From the NCBI GenBank assembly GCA_035649995.1, contig DASRIM010000061.1, forward strand, positions 1-62,771: a stretch of 62,771 nt of DNA, read 5' to 3'. Within the stretch, counting starts at the first letter, position 1. Each line of letters starts with the position of its first letter. The notes under the pieces were generated by a model, which saw nothing but the letters and a program-made list of their open reading frames with translations, had not been told where the DNA came from and searched no databases. The translations under genes were made by a program, and so were the position numbers. This stretch comes from Pyrinomonadaceae bacterium (GTDB lineage: Bacteria; Acidobacteriota; Blastocatellia; Pyrinomonadales; Pyrinomonadaceae). Shown here piece by piece: positions 8,287-17,687 of this stretch.

Positions 8287-8807
8287 TATTCTTTACCTCC
8301 TTCGTTCCCCGGTTGCTCGGTCGCCGCCGGTTCCGCAACCATCTTCCTGATCTCCTCGACCTTCGCCTTGAGCTCGTTGCGCTTGGTCTCGTCGGTCAGC
8401 ACTTCGAGAAACTTCTGTTGCAGCTTGACGTTGCCGTCGAGCTTGGCGACGGCGTCGGACAGGCGCGTGCGCTTGTCGTAAGCGGTCTTCTTGTCGATCT
8501 GCTCGAGGACTTGGATCGGGCTGAAGTCGTCGAGTTTTTCGAAAGCCAACGGTTTCGTGTTGATCTCGAGTTTCGGACCGATGGACTTCATGACTTCGTT
8601 GAAATTGTCGCGATCGATCTCGATGTACTTGCGATCGCGAAGGGGGACTCGGTTCGGATCGGATACGTTTCCTGAAAGGTCGGCCAGGATCCCGACGACG
8701 AAAGGAAGTTCCATCTTCACGAAGGAACCACGAGTTTCTACGTCGTACGTGATCTGCACCCGCGGAGGACGTATACGATCCAGTTTGTGTTGTGTGCTTT
8801 CTGGCAT
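8286..8807 (-). CDS. tssB: T6SS contractile sheath small subunit TssB (VipA)
   Basis: 173 aa. PPRVQITYDVETRGSFVKMELPFVVGILADLSG is the classic TssB core. An AAGGAG SD is present. Confidence 0.95.
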   Translation of the reverse strand: MPESTQHKLDRIRPPRVQITYDVETRGSFVKMELPFVVGILADLSGNVSDPNRVPLRDRKYIEIDRDNFNEVMKSIGPKLEINTKPLAFEKLDDFSPIQVLEQIDKKTAYDKRTRLSDAVAKLDGNVKLQQKFLEVLTDETKRNELKAKVEEIRKMVAEPAATEQPGNEGGKE

Positions 8808-8892
8808 CGACTTTACTCCTTTTGGATTGAGAGTTTCGGGTTGAGGTTAGGGTTTATAAAAAATGATTGCGGGGGGTTGCCTTCTGCTTAAC

Positions 8893-10008
8893 TCATGTGG
8901 GCCACCTCTTTCCGGTCAGCCGCAGCAACCTGTCGATCTCGTTCATCTCACCTTCGTTGCGGACGATTTGTTGAAGCAGTTCAGGCAAGCTCATGCTGCC
9001 CCACTCGACGGCTCGTTTGACCAGGTAAGGCGTGGGGCTATGGGGTTCGGTGCGCAGCAGGTAGTCCGCGGCTTCGGACAGCCGGCGATAGGCCTCGGCG
9101 CGGCTGCGGATCGGCCCGCCACTGGACCAGAGTTCGACGTCTGCTTCTCCGTCAGCTTCTCCGGCGTGCGCGGGATCTACTTCTTCGCTGAATATTTCGC
9201 TGTCGTCCTGGCGCGTGTGCAGATCGTGCGAGACGAGCTGTTCGATCGCGCACAGCGCTTCTTTGAACTGCCGCAAGCCGGGCGCGTCTTTGCCGCACTT
9301 CTCGTCGAGTATCTCTTCGACGGCAACGCAGCCATCGATCGCCTGGCCCAGTTCTTCGACCAGTTCGACGTAAAACGCACTGTCGGTTTCAGCTACGGCA
9401 GCGCGGAAAGTGGCGACCGTCGGGTTGATCTTCGCCAGCGCCTCCTGCAAAGCGCGGGGATCTTTCATCGCGAGGTTTTCAAAGTGACAGGCGCTTTCCC
9501 AATCGAGATAGGAGTAGCTCTCGTTGCTGACTTCACCCGGCAGTGTCAACGGAAGCTGTTTCAGCTTGAGCGTCAGTTTTTGTTCGACCCAGTCGATCGG
9601 CGCGACGCGGCCTTCGAGTTCGTCGACTTCGAGACTCGGATACACATGGTCCCAAAACTGTTCGCACAGCCCCGACAGCAGTCGTAGTCCGTTCGTCACT
9701 CCGGCAAAGCCGTAGAGGTGCAGCCATGCTTCGAGCAGCCAACTCGCGATCTGTAGATCCTTTGTGCGGTTCGTGAGAGCCTCGACGCAAATCGCTTCAA
9801 CAGCCGCCCAGTCCGCGCGTTTCAAACTCGACTTGTAGATCCCCTGGCTGAGCGTTGGATCGTCTTCGCGCCGCGCATCTGCGATGCGATCGTAAGTTCC
9901 CTGGTAGCGCAGCGGCTCGCCGGCCGGGTTGGAGCCGGGGATCGGTTGCAGCAGTTCCTGAATATCTATCGTTTGTGATGGCGTCGGCGATTGAGTGACG
10001 GCGTTCAT
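8893..10008 (-). CDS. tssA: T6SS protein TssA (ImpA N-terminal domain)
   Basis: ORF 8893..10149. The likely ATG is at 10008 (MNAVTQSP...), 4 nt after the tssM stop. It shows an ImpA_N pattern (LLQPIPGSNPAGEPLRYQGTYDRIADARREDDP) and a C-terminal PHSPTPYLVKRAVEW motif. Confidence 0.85.
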   Translation of the reverse strand: MNAVTQSPTPSQTIDIQELLQPIPGSNPAGEPLRYQGTYDRIADARREDDPTLSQGIYKSSLKRADWAAVEAICVEALTNRTKDLQIASWLLEAWLHLYGFAGVTNGLRLLSGLCEQFWDHVYPSLEVDELEGRVAPIDWVEQKLTLKLKQLPLTLPGEVSNESYSYLDWESACHFENLAMKDPRALQEALAKINPTVATFRAAVAETDSAFYVELVEELGQAIDGCVAVEEILDEKCGKDAPGLRQFKEALCAIEQLVSHDLHTRQDDSEIFSEEVDPAHAGEADGEADVELWSSGGPIRSRAEAYRRLSEAADYLLRTEPHSPTPYLVKRAVEWGSMSLPELLQQIVRNEGEMNEIDRLLRLTGKRWPT

Positions 10009-10012
10009 GGTT

Positions 10013-13000
10013 TTATTCCTGTTCGGTCGTGTTCCCGAGCACGACGGGCAAGATCGGAACGGGCGGCGCCTTGCGTGGGAAGCAGGGCAGCAGTAACGGT
10101 TCCTGCTTGTTTGCTGTGACCAGACTGAGCCGCATGAAAACTTCGGCATTCGAAGTCTTCAGATCCGGACGCTGCGGTAGTCCCGCCGGATCGGGATCGG
10201 TCCTGATCGTGAACTTGAGTGTGTAAGGATCGGGATCGTAGCCCTGATCGCACTCGGCGGGGGTACCGGTGCGTTTGAGCATGAGACCGTGTCGCAGGAG
10301 CAACGTCATCAGCGACCAGCGATCGTCATACGCAAAGACTGCTACCCGATCCTTAGCTTTGACTGCGTTGGGGGTCGCAGTCGTAACCGGCACCGTCGGC
10401 GAATCCTTGGCCCAGCGCAGAGTCAAGCGCACCGGATCGCCAAAAACCCAACGTCCATTGACAGCGTCGCTGAGATAAGAAAACTTCTGTTTTCCGACTT
10501 CAAAGTTCCAGTCGATAATCTGGTTGGCGGAGATCTCCTCTTCTCGATTGACGCGGAACTGGATGTTGAAATCGAGCATCGGTCCCTGCTTCTTCTCGAG
10601 GAAAGGACCAAAGAACTCGCGCAGCTTCGCAACCTGGGCCAGAAACTCCGTGGCTTTTTCAGGCGACGCGCCGAAGTCAGCACTGCGGACCAGTGCGTCG
10701 TGCGCAGCTTTCTCTTTGCTGTCGAACAAACGGAAGAACTTCAGCAGTTCCGACGGATCGAGATCCGGAAAATCAGGACGCGTTCCCACATCGGTGAATG
10801 GAAAACCGCCGGACAGGTTCTTGTTGAATGCTTCTTCGATCTGGCGATAGTTCTCCAGCGCCGCCAGCGTGTCGTGGACCGCCTTGATGCGCGCGAGCTC
10901 GTTACAGCGGCGATAGAACTGCGCGCGCATCGAGTTGCGGATCCTGAGGAAGTAATCTCGCGACGAGTCGGTGTTTAGTTTGAGAGAGCTGGAACAACTG
11001 TCGATGCTGACCTTGTCCATGTCGATCGCGATGAAGCTCTCGAGCGAGGAGATCGGATTGCCGGGCTGTTTGTTGTCGAACGCGTCGAGATCCGTAAGTA
11101 TCTCGTTCCAGTCAAAACTGGATTGCGCGTAGATATTTTGCTGCGCGGCAAAGGTGAGCAGCGGCACGGCGAGATCGCGCGCAAGAAACGCGATGTTCTT
11201 TCGCTGGACGGCGAGGTAGGTGTTCAGGTCTTCGAGACTCGCAAGATCGTAAGCGGCGTGCGACACCGGCTGGCTGCCGTTCCACCACGCGAAGTCGGAA
11301 TGCTTCATCACGTAGAAACGCTGCGCCATGAAGTCGCGGTAGATCCCTCGCAGCAGGTAATCGACTTGCGTAGACAACACGCCGCGCAACTCGCCGTCGA
11401 TGCCGAGCGGCGTGGAGATTTGCAGGACTCGCGTGAGCGTCGGCTGCGCTTCCTGAAGGTTGCGGATCTCTGCGATCAGACTCGCGCGCAGTGCGGAACC
11501 TTCGGTTGACGGTGCGAGCGCCTGGTATTTGCGGGCCTGACGAAACAGCCGGCTCATGCGCGTCTTGACTCGCGAACGCGCCGCTTGTTTGACTGAGTTG
11601 TCGAGATACTCCGTGCGTTCGTAAGTCTTCGTCGCTACGAATTCTTCGTATTGATCGTAAGCCGCGATCGCCTCGCGCAGCGCGTCCTGGTCCCACACGA
11701 GTACGCGCCGGACGAGGTGCTGGTAGCGAGGTTGTTCAGACTGGAAGGGCAGGTCGTAATCGACCGGTTCTCTCGTCATGAACTCCTGCCGCCGCAGATC
11801 CTGAAGCGCTTTCTTCAACTCGCCGAGCGCGGTTGAAAGCGTCATTCCATGGAACGGCGAGTGCGGATCGAAGACGAACGTCGAGAGCCACGTGTAATCA
11901 GGCCGGTTGAGGAGAGCTTCTGTCTCGGCGATGTCGTCGAGATGATCGTAGGTGACGCCTTTCTGACTGAACGACGCCGCGTAGAAGTCTTCGACCAGGT
12001 CGCCGACGCGGGTGGCGCTCTGTTTATAGAAGGAGGCGGAATCGAGGGGCCGCCCCTGGGCCATGAACACGGCCTTCTTGTAAAGATAATTTTCGCTGTC
12101 CATTTCCTCGGGCAACGGCGTGTGCTCAAGGTAATTGACGAGGTGTCGCAGCGTGGTGAGGGAATCGGGATCGTTGCCGACGAGCCGATTGTAACGCTCG
12201 AGATTGGTACGAAATTCGGCCAACTCTTCAACGTAGAGACTCAACTGAAACGCGGCATTGAACTGCGCTGCTGAATCATCGGCCGTTTCGTCAGCCATCG
12301 CCGGATCTTTCTCTTCGGATGCCGCCTCGGCAACGGCTTTGACCGCGTGGGTCTGGGGAGCATTCAGCAGGCTGTCTCCTCGCTCCTGCATGTCCATTCG
12401 GAGCGATTCGAAGATGACGAACTTGAACGCGGCCGCGATGGAAGTTTCGAGCCGGTGATTGATGCGGCTGAACCACGAGGTCGGGATGAACGGAGAATCG
12501 AACCTGTCGGCGTTCATCCTCGCCATGCCGCTGAACAGCCTTCTTTCACCGCTCTCCAACAACTGGTGTCGACGATCGAGCCAGTTCCGGTCCGGCGATT
12601 TGGCGCCTGAGCGTTTGTACTCGGCACGGTACTTTTCGATCGTCTTCAGATCGTTGCGTTCTTCGATTAAAAACCCGTAGAGCTCGTCTTCCTGACGCGC
12701 CAGGCTGCCGTAAGTCAAAGCGAGTCCGCCGAGGCCGATGACCATGATCAGGATCGACAGCACTTGCGCCGCCAACACAGTGCGATTGCGCGACAGGGCA
12801 ATACGGCGAATGGGTTGGGCCAACGAGGATTCGCTGAAGATCTTTTCCTTGAAAAGGTCGGCCAGGAAGACAGGCTTTCTTTGCACCGGCGCCGTCGTGA
12901 CGACGGCTGCCATGTCCGTCGATCCCGTGAGCTCATTTATCGGCTGCAACTGAAGCAGGTCGTCGTTCTCGACGCCGGGTTCGCCACAGAAATAGACGCC

Positions 13001-14002
13001 GCGAAAGATGTACGACTCGTGGTAAGCGCTCTGCTTGAAGAGACAGTCGAGGTAGACGCCCAGCGCCTCGCGCATCGACTGGACCGTGGGCGGCAACAGA
13101 AACAGATTGTCGGCGTCTTCAATCTCCTCGCGTTCCGCATACATTTCAAACTGAAGCCACATCAACTGCTTGTGAATACTCTCGAACGCCTGCGCCACGA
13201 GCTCCGGCCGGTAAGCCGTTTCGATCGTCGCCGGATTGGACCAACCGAACATCTGCCGGCGCAGGTTTTCCGGAAGCTGTTTGCAGAAGCTCGAGAAGCC
13301 CGTGATCTCGTCACACTTCGTGATGACGATGTAGATTGGCAGCCGCATGCCGAGGATCTTTTGCGCCTGCCAGAGTTTCTTGTAGAGAGAGGTGGCTTTT
13401 TGTTCGAGATCGAACCGCCGCTGATGGTCCAGTTCGCCCTCGGTGACGAGATCGGTGCAGGGAATCGTCAAAACGAGACCGTCGAGCGGCCGCTGCGGCC
13501 GGTGTTTTTGCAGCAAACGGAGGATCGAGTTCCAGCCGCGATGATTGGCGGTGCCGTCGTTGCGCAAAACGAAGTCGCCGGCCACGTCCATCACGACGCC
13601 GTCGTCGAAGAAGTACCAGTTGAGACGCCGTCCGCTTCGATCGACGAGTTCTTTCACTGACTCGTGAAGACCGTTACTCTCGAGCAGCGAGGTTTTCCCC
13701 GACTTCGACTCGCCCGCCAACAGATACCACGGCGCCCGATAGCGATAGTCGCGGCCCGTGACGTAGCTTTTCAGAATGCGGAGGGCGCGCCGGAAAGACG
13801 TGCGGAGCTCGAGGTCCGACGCGTATTGGAGAAACTCGGTGCCCGAAGCTTCTTTCTTGTCAGGCTCGGCTTTCGCGGCGGCCGGATCGGCGGCGAATGA
13901 AATCTTGCGCGAGCGGCGAATTACCAGGTAGAGAAATATCGCCGTGCCTGCCAGCAGCAGGAAAATCGCGATTAGTATCAGTAACACGTTGGGGAACGAC
14001 AT
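10013..14002 (-). CDS. tssM: T6SS membrane complex protein TssM (IcmF-like)
   Basis: The ORF track starts at a TTG (14017). The ATG at 14002 (MSFPNVLLILIAIFLLL) has an AGAAGG SD. It has N-terminal TM helices, a Walker A motif (GESKSGKTS) and a long periplasmic region; about 1329 aa. Confidence 0.92.
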   Translation of the reverse strand: MSFPNVLLILIAIFLLLAGTAIFLYLVIRRSRKISFAADPAAAKAEPDKKEASGTEFLQYASDLELRTSFRRALRILKSYVTGRDYRYRAPWYLLAGESKSGKTSLLESNGLHESVKELVDRSGRRLNWYFFDDGVVMDVAGDFVLRNDGTANHRGWNSILRLLQKHRPQRPLDGLVLTIPCTDLVTEGELDHQRRFDLEQKATSLYKKLWQAQKILGMRLPIYIVITKCDEITGFSSFCKQLPENLRRQMFGWSNPATIETAYRPELVAQAFESIHKQLMWLQFEMYAEREEIEDADNLFLLPPTVQSMREALGVYLDCLFKQSAYHESYIFRGVYFCGEPGVENDDLLQLQPINELTGSTDMAAVVTTAPVQRKPVFLADLFKEKIFSESSLAQPIRRIALSRNRTVLAAQVLSILIMVIGLGGLALTYGSLARQEDELYGFLIEERNDLKTIEKYRAEYKRSGAKSPDRNWLDRRHQLLESGERRLFSGMARMNADRFDSPFIPTSWFSRINHRLETSIAAAFKFVIFESLRMDMQERGDSLLNAPQTHAVKAVAEAASEEKDPAMADETADDSAAQFNAAFQLSLYVEELAEFRTNLERYNRLVGNDPDSLTTLRHLVNYLEHTPLPEEMDSENYLYKKAVFMAQGRPLDSASFYKQSATRVGDLVEDFYAASFSQKGVTYDHLDDIAETEALLNRPDYTWLSTFVFDPHSPFHGMTLSTALGELKKALQDLRRQEFMTREPVDYDLPFQSEQPRYQHLVRRVLVWDQDALREAIAAYDQYEEFVATKTYERTEYLDNSVKQAARSRVKTRMSRLFRQARKYQALAPSTEGSALRASLIAEIRNLQEAQPTLTRVLQISTPLGIDGELRGVLSTQVDYLLRGIYRDFMAQRFYVMKHSDFAWWNGSQPVSHAAYDLASLEDLNTYLAVQRKNIAFLARDLAVPLLTFAAQQNIYAQSSFDWNEILTDLDAFDNKQPGNPISSLESFIAIDMDKVSIDSCSSSLKLNTDSSRDYFLRIRNSMRAQFYRRCNELARIKAVHDTLAALENYRQIEEAFNKNLSGGFPFTDVGTRPDFPDLDPSELLKFFRLFDSKEKAAHDALVRSADFGASPEKATEFLAQVAKLREFFGPFLEKKQGPMLDFNIQFRVNREEEISANQIIDWNFEVGKQKFSYLSDAVNGRWVFGDPVRLTLRWAKDSPTVPVTTATPNAVKAKDRVAVFAYDDRWSLMTLLLRHGLMLKRTGTPAECDQGYDPDPYTLKFTIRTDPDPAGLPQRPDLKTSNAEVFMRLSLVTANKQEPLLLPCFPRKAPPVPILPVVLGNTTEQE

Positions 14003-14020
14003 TGTTACCTTCTGCAACGA

Positions 14021-14956
14021 TCACTTAGTAGCGGGCGCCAGCGAGTCCAGCCGTCTCTCTATCTCGACGATCTCGTTGTTCGCTTGTTCGAGTCGAGACG
14101 TCAGGCTCAACCAGATTCCGTGCGACGCGGCGAGGTAGGTCAAAAACACGAGACCCAGCACCGCGAGCCACACGCGCGGATTTGTAAGTTGCTTTCTCTT
14201 CTCTGTTCTTACGTTTTGAACGTAGCTGTCAGGAAAGGCGACCTTCGATTCGTTAGCGAGGTCCGCCGGTTTGTTGAAAATAAAGTCGAACAGATCGCGG
14301 CGATAGCGACGCAGCTTCCCGTGATCGTTCAGTCCGTGATACTTGCCGCGGAAGCCAAGCGACAACGCGCTGAGATACACGGCCGCAAGACTCTTGTTCG
14401 CCGGATCGCGATGCCGTAACAAACGGTCCAACTTGTCGAAGACCTTCTCGCCGGCGATGTGAGATTGAAACAACGCCGACTCCAGCAGGTTTGAAGTCCA
14501 TGCCCGCCGGCCTTCCCAGTTGAGGTGAATGAAAACGTCGTCGGCGAAAGCGGCCATGACGTACTGTGCTTCGAGATAGTTGTCGGTCGGCTTGCCGGCG
14601 GCGCGAAGGATCTGAATGCCGTTGCGGCGGAACAGTGCGATCATGTTTTGCCAGACCAACAGGGTCAGACTGGTTAACTCGCCGTGCGGTTCGGGAGTCG
14701 AATCCAGCGAACCGCGAACGGCAAGCGACGTGATCTTTTCGCTGCCCGAGAAAGTTTCAAGCAGAACAGTATCGAGGGGCGGAAGTTTCGCTGTGTTTCC
14801 GTTGGCGCCATTACCGTCGAGTGGTTCGGCCGGCGCGAGCTCCGCGGACGACATGCCACCGCTGGTCGCGATCATCTGCTTGAGACGAATGACCTCGGTG
14901 TAGAAGTCGCGAAACTGCGCGAGCAGGAACGATTCGTTTTGTTGCATCGCCGTCAT
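14021..14956 (-). CDS. tssL: T6SS membrane protein TssL (DotU family), no OmpA/PG-binding extension
   Basis: 311 aa. It has a DotU-like core (YVMAAFADDVFIHL..., AAVYLSALSLGFRGKY) and a single C-terminal TM helix (VWLAVLGLVFLTYLAASHGIWL). Confidence 0.85.
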   Translation of the reverse strand: MTAMQQNESFLLAQFRDFYTEVIRLKQMIATSGGMSSAELAPAEPLDGNGANGNTAKLPPLDTVLLETFSGSEKITSLAVRGSLDSTPEPHGELTSLTLLVWQNMIALFRRNGIQILRAAGKPTDNYLEAQYVMAAFADDVFIHLNWEGRRAWTSNLLESALFQSHIAGEKVFDKLDRLLRHRDPANKSLAAVYLSALSLGFRGKYHGLNDHGKLRRYRRDLFDFIFNKPADLANESKVAFPDSYVQNVRTEKRKQLTNPRVWLAVLGLVFLTYLAASHGIWLSLTSRLEQANNEIVEIERRLDSLAPATK

Positions 14957-15081
14957 CGATTTTTAGAGACAGATCCAGCCTGTGCCGCGAGCAGTCGCAG
15001 CCGTTTTGAAAAGTTCAGCTTTCTCGGTTTGGTCTAACGCGGATCGGAAGTAACGCAGCAGTGTGCCGCTCGAGGTCCGTG

Positions 15082-16434
15082 CTAGTTATCCATTACGTAC
15101 AAGACGATCTCGCAGGGGCGCGGGCCCCTGCCATTAATGATCTGCAAGAGTTTCTCGGGCTCGACGAAGTTTTCATCAGCCTTGAGTGAGAAAAGTGCGA
15201 CTCCTTTCGCCGTCACGACGTCGCCGACTCGCTCCGTGTGTTTCCGCACGGCGCCGGTGATTCGATTCGCTCTTAACAACTCCATCCTGCCCTGTGACCC
15301 GATCAAACAGCTTCGACCCCACTCGACAACCTCCTCGTCCGTCATCCCTCGTTCACCTTTGATTCCGAGCGCCAGCGTTTTCTTCATCCACTTGCCTTCG
15401 AAACGAAGCTCGTAGGCGCCCTGATGATATTTGAACGGGAACGATCTGTAAGTCACCGGAATGCCCTGGTCCATTGCGCGATCGATGAACTCCAGGACGG
15501 GGTGAAAAGTGGAGTGGAGGTCGTTGTGGTTGTATGGATTGAAAGCCGGCGGGACCATGTCGAGCCCCAATACCGACAGTTGACCCGCCATCCCGCACAA
15601 CGCGACATAGACCATGTACGGATGAGCGCAGCCCGTTTGAAGCACGGCTTCGAATCGCGGCAGTGCGCCGACGAGACTCAGCATGAGCGTCCGGATCTCC
15701 GCCTCGTTTCCAAAACGGCTCTTGCCGCCCGAGCTTCTCGCATCGTCGGCGAGGTACATCGCGCGCTTGCGGACTCTCTGCGCGACGTCAGAGCACATTT
15801 CACCGAGACGCTGGGCGGCAAGCGAAGATTGGTCGCCGTCATGTGCTTTGACGGGAACCGCCAGGACCGGCGGAATGAACTTCTCGTCGAGCGCGAATGA
15901 AGAGTCGCGATAGATGATCCGCGCGATGGGGAAACTCACGTAATCGCTAGGCAGCTTGTCGCCGGCGCGCAGAGTCAGCCGCGGCTTCAGTCGATGAATC
16001 GTGCGCGCGGATGCCGAGGACACCTGATCCACGACCGGACCGCCTTTGAATGTTTCGTAACGCAGCATTTCGCCGTTTCCGTTTTGCTGCGCGGCGACGG
16101 CGAGTTGGACCAGCACGCCACGAGTTCCGATAGACTCGCCCTGTGAACTGAGATCGATTTCCAGTACGTCGTCGCGCCCTGACTGATGTAGTCCGTGAAC
16201 GACGACAAGTCCGTCCGGCATGACTGCTTCGAGTTCGAGCACGCGCAGCTTTCCAGCCGGCAGAGCGACATTGTCATGCTTGAGACGGCGAACTCCCCAG
16301 CAAAACGGCGCAATCAGCGAGGTCCCGTATTGGACCAGCGCCTCGTGGCGCGACGATAGTTGCTGGAAGTGCTGCGGGGTTAACAGCAGTCCCTCATGCC
16401 ATTGAATTGCGTCGGGTATTTCGTAGGCATTCAT
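15082..16434 (-). CDS. tssK: T6SS baseplate protein TssK (ImpJ/VasE)
   Basis: 450 aa. The N-terminal IQWHEGLLLTPQHFQQLSSRHEAL is the canonical TssK signature. Confidence 0.9.
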   Translation of the reverse strand: MNAYEIPDAIQWHEGLLLTPQHFQQLSSRHEALVQYGTSLIAPFCWGVRRLKHDNVALPAGKLRVLELEAVMPDGLVVVHGLHQSGRDDVLEIDLSSQGESIGTRGVLVQLAVAAQQNGNGEMLRYETFKGGPVVDQVSSASARTIHRLKPRLTLRAGDKLPSDYVSFPIARIIYRDSSFALDEKFIPPVLAVPVKAHDGDQSSLAAQRLGEMCSDVAQRVRKRAMYLADDARSSGGKSRFGNEAEIRTLMLSLVGALPRFEAVLQTGCAHPYMVYVALCGMAGQLSVLGLDMVPPAFNPYNHNDLHSTFHPVLEFIDRAMDQGIPVTYRSFPFKYHQGAYELRFEGKWMKKTLALGIKGERGMTDEEVVEWGRSCLIGSQGRMELLRANRITGAVRKHTERVGDVVTAKGVALFSLKADENFVEPEKLLQIINGRGPRPCEIVLYVMDN

Positions 16435-16450
16435 AGGATTTGATTCTTAG

Positions 16451-16981
16451 CTACTTAGAAGGAGCGCAGGGTTTCGCGGGCTCTTTCAGCAACTGGACGC
16501 AAAGGTTATCTTCGCCAAGCGTGATCAAAATGGCTTTGCGTGGATCGATCGGCGCGCGGTGCGCTCCGGCTTTGAAGTAGTTGGCGAAAATAACTCCGCC
16601 GACGACTTCGAACTTCACCGGTACTCGATCCAGTTTCACCTCTTGTCCGGGAACCCATTCCCATCGGCCCGCGTCCAGTCCCGTCTCCTTCGGATAATCG
16701 AGTTTGACCTGGCCGCGCTTTTCAAACCACTCGCCGGCGGACATCTTCATCAGTTCCTGCAACAGCTTCTTGTCTGAAACAAGGACCAGATCGACGGCGA
16801 CCGGGTTGTTGTTGTTGGCTTTTGGGGAGACATGAACTTTAACGTCGAGCTTGCTCTCGCCTGAGGTGCCCGGGATCTTTTTGGGCACTTTCACTTTCGG
16901 ACATGCGGTTAAGAGTAGCAGGGCAACGATTCCGCCTGACGAAAGCAGAAGCGACCGCCTTAACGAGTGCTGGTTTAGCAT
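16451..16981 (-). CDS. tssJ: T6SS outer-membrane lipoprotein TssJ
   Basis: 176 aa. It has a signal peptide with a lipobox (LLLLTAC). It is small and occupies the first position of the operon, directly before tssK; the sequence is consistent with SciN/VasD. Confidence 0.72.
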   Translation of the reverse strand: MLNQHSLRRSLLLSSGGIVALLLLTACPKVKVPKKIPGTSGESKLDVKVHVSPKANNNNPVAVDLVLVSDKKLLQELMKMSAGEWFEKRGQVKLDYPKETGLDAGRWEWVPGQEVKLDRVPVKFEVVGGVIFANYFKAGAHRAPIDPRKAILITLGEDNLCVQLLKEPAKPCAPSK

Positions 16982-17135
16982 GGCTCGTTTCGAGACCTCA
17001 CACAGATCACTTACGAGAGCTTCTTAAAGGTAACAGGGAAATTACTACAGTCTTAGGTCAGTCAGCTTGCGCCGACGATTGTAGAGGAGCGGAGTTTGGT
17101 CCCGCAGATTGCGGTTCACATCCAGCTAGTCGCGG

Positions 17136-17164
17136 AGTCTACGCTTGGCAGTTACGACTGTCAA
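17136..17164 (-). promoter_or_regulatory. Candidate sigma70-type promoter for the T6SS operon (TTGACA-N17-TAGACT)
   Basis: The minus-strand sense reads gatgTTGACAgtcgtaactgccaagcgTAGACTccg. The -35 is at 17159-17164 and the -10 at 17136-17141, with an exact 17-nt spacer. It lies ~150 nt upstream of the tssJ ATG. This is a pattern match only. Confidence 0.3.
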
Positions 17165-17426
17165 CATCTTTTTGCAATGTTTCCTGCATCGATCCGCAAT
17201 GATTAACCTCCAGCTATTAACGCGAGAGTTCTTTCCAAATTCCACCATTGGAAATTTATTTCCAGTGCCTCAGTTGGTGTAACGGCTACGGAAATCGGTG
17301 TGAAGGTTGTCTGTTCATCTCTTAATTGCCCGCAAAATGGTGGGATTTAGATGAGGCACGGTCATTGCTCTTCGCGCTCGCAAAGGTGCTGAGTCCTTCA
17401 GCGCCGATCAGCGAGGAGTAGTAGCC

Positions 17427-17681
17427 ATGAGACCGACCCGAATCAACGACCCTTATCACAACCCCTTTCACAATCGTTTTCACGTGCCGGTGCATTCGCG
17501 AATGGACGAGATGCAGGCTTACACACACATGGTGTGGCTGAACGACGCGGCGCCGTTGGACCAGCAGTCAGACAACAACCAGCACGCGCCCCGTTGGGGA
17601 CGCGCGCTTGCCGGCGCGTTCGCGCTGGTGCTGGTTGTCGCCTTTTCCGCCGTGTTAGTGGCTAACGCGTTTGGAAATTAG
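17427..17681 (+). CDS. Small His-rich tail-anchored membrane protein (hypothetical)
   Basis: 84 aa. A GAGGAG SD lies ~8 nt upstream. The N-terminal part is His/Pro-rich (DPYHNPFHNRFHVPVHS) and there is a C-terminal TM helix (ALAGAFALVLVVAFSAVLVANAF). It is divergent from tssJ. Confidence 0.4.
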   Translation: MRPTRINDPYHNPFHNRFHVPVHSRMDEMQAYTHMVWLNDAAPLDQQSDNNQHAPRWGRALAGAFALVLVVAFSAVLVANAFGN

Positions 17682-17687
17682 TTTGAG

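Noticed and set aside
15052-15068. Sigma54-like motif CGGCACactgcTGCg (minus strand) in the tssK-tssL spacer
   Set aside because: The GG and GC dinucleotides are separated by one base less than the invariant TGGCAC-N5-TTGC spacing. No bacterial enhancer-binding protein gene is nearby.
17322-17528. 68-aa minus-strand ORF upstream of tssJ
   Set aside because: It has no SD and no motif, and it overlaps the plus-strand His-rich ORF, which does have an SD and a TM helix. Neither ORF is strongly supported.
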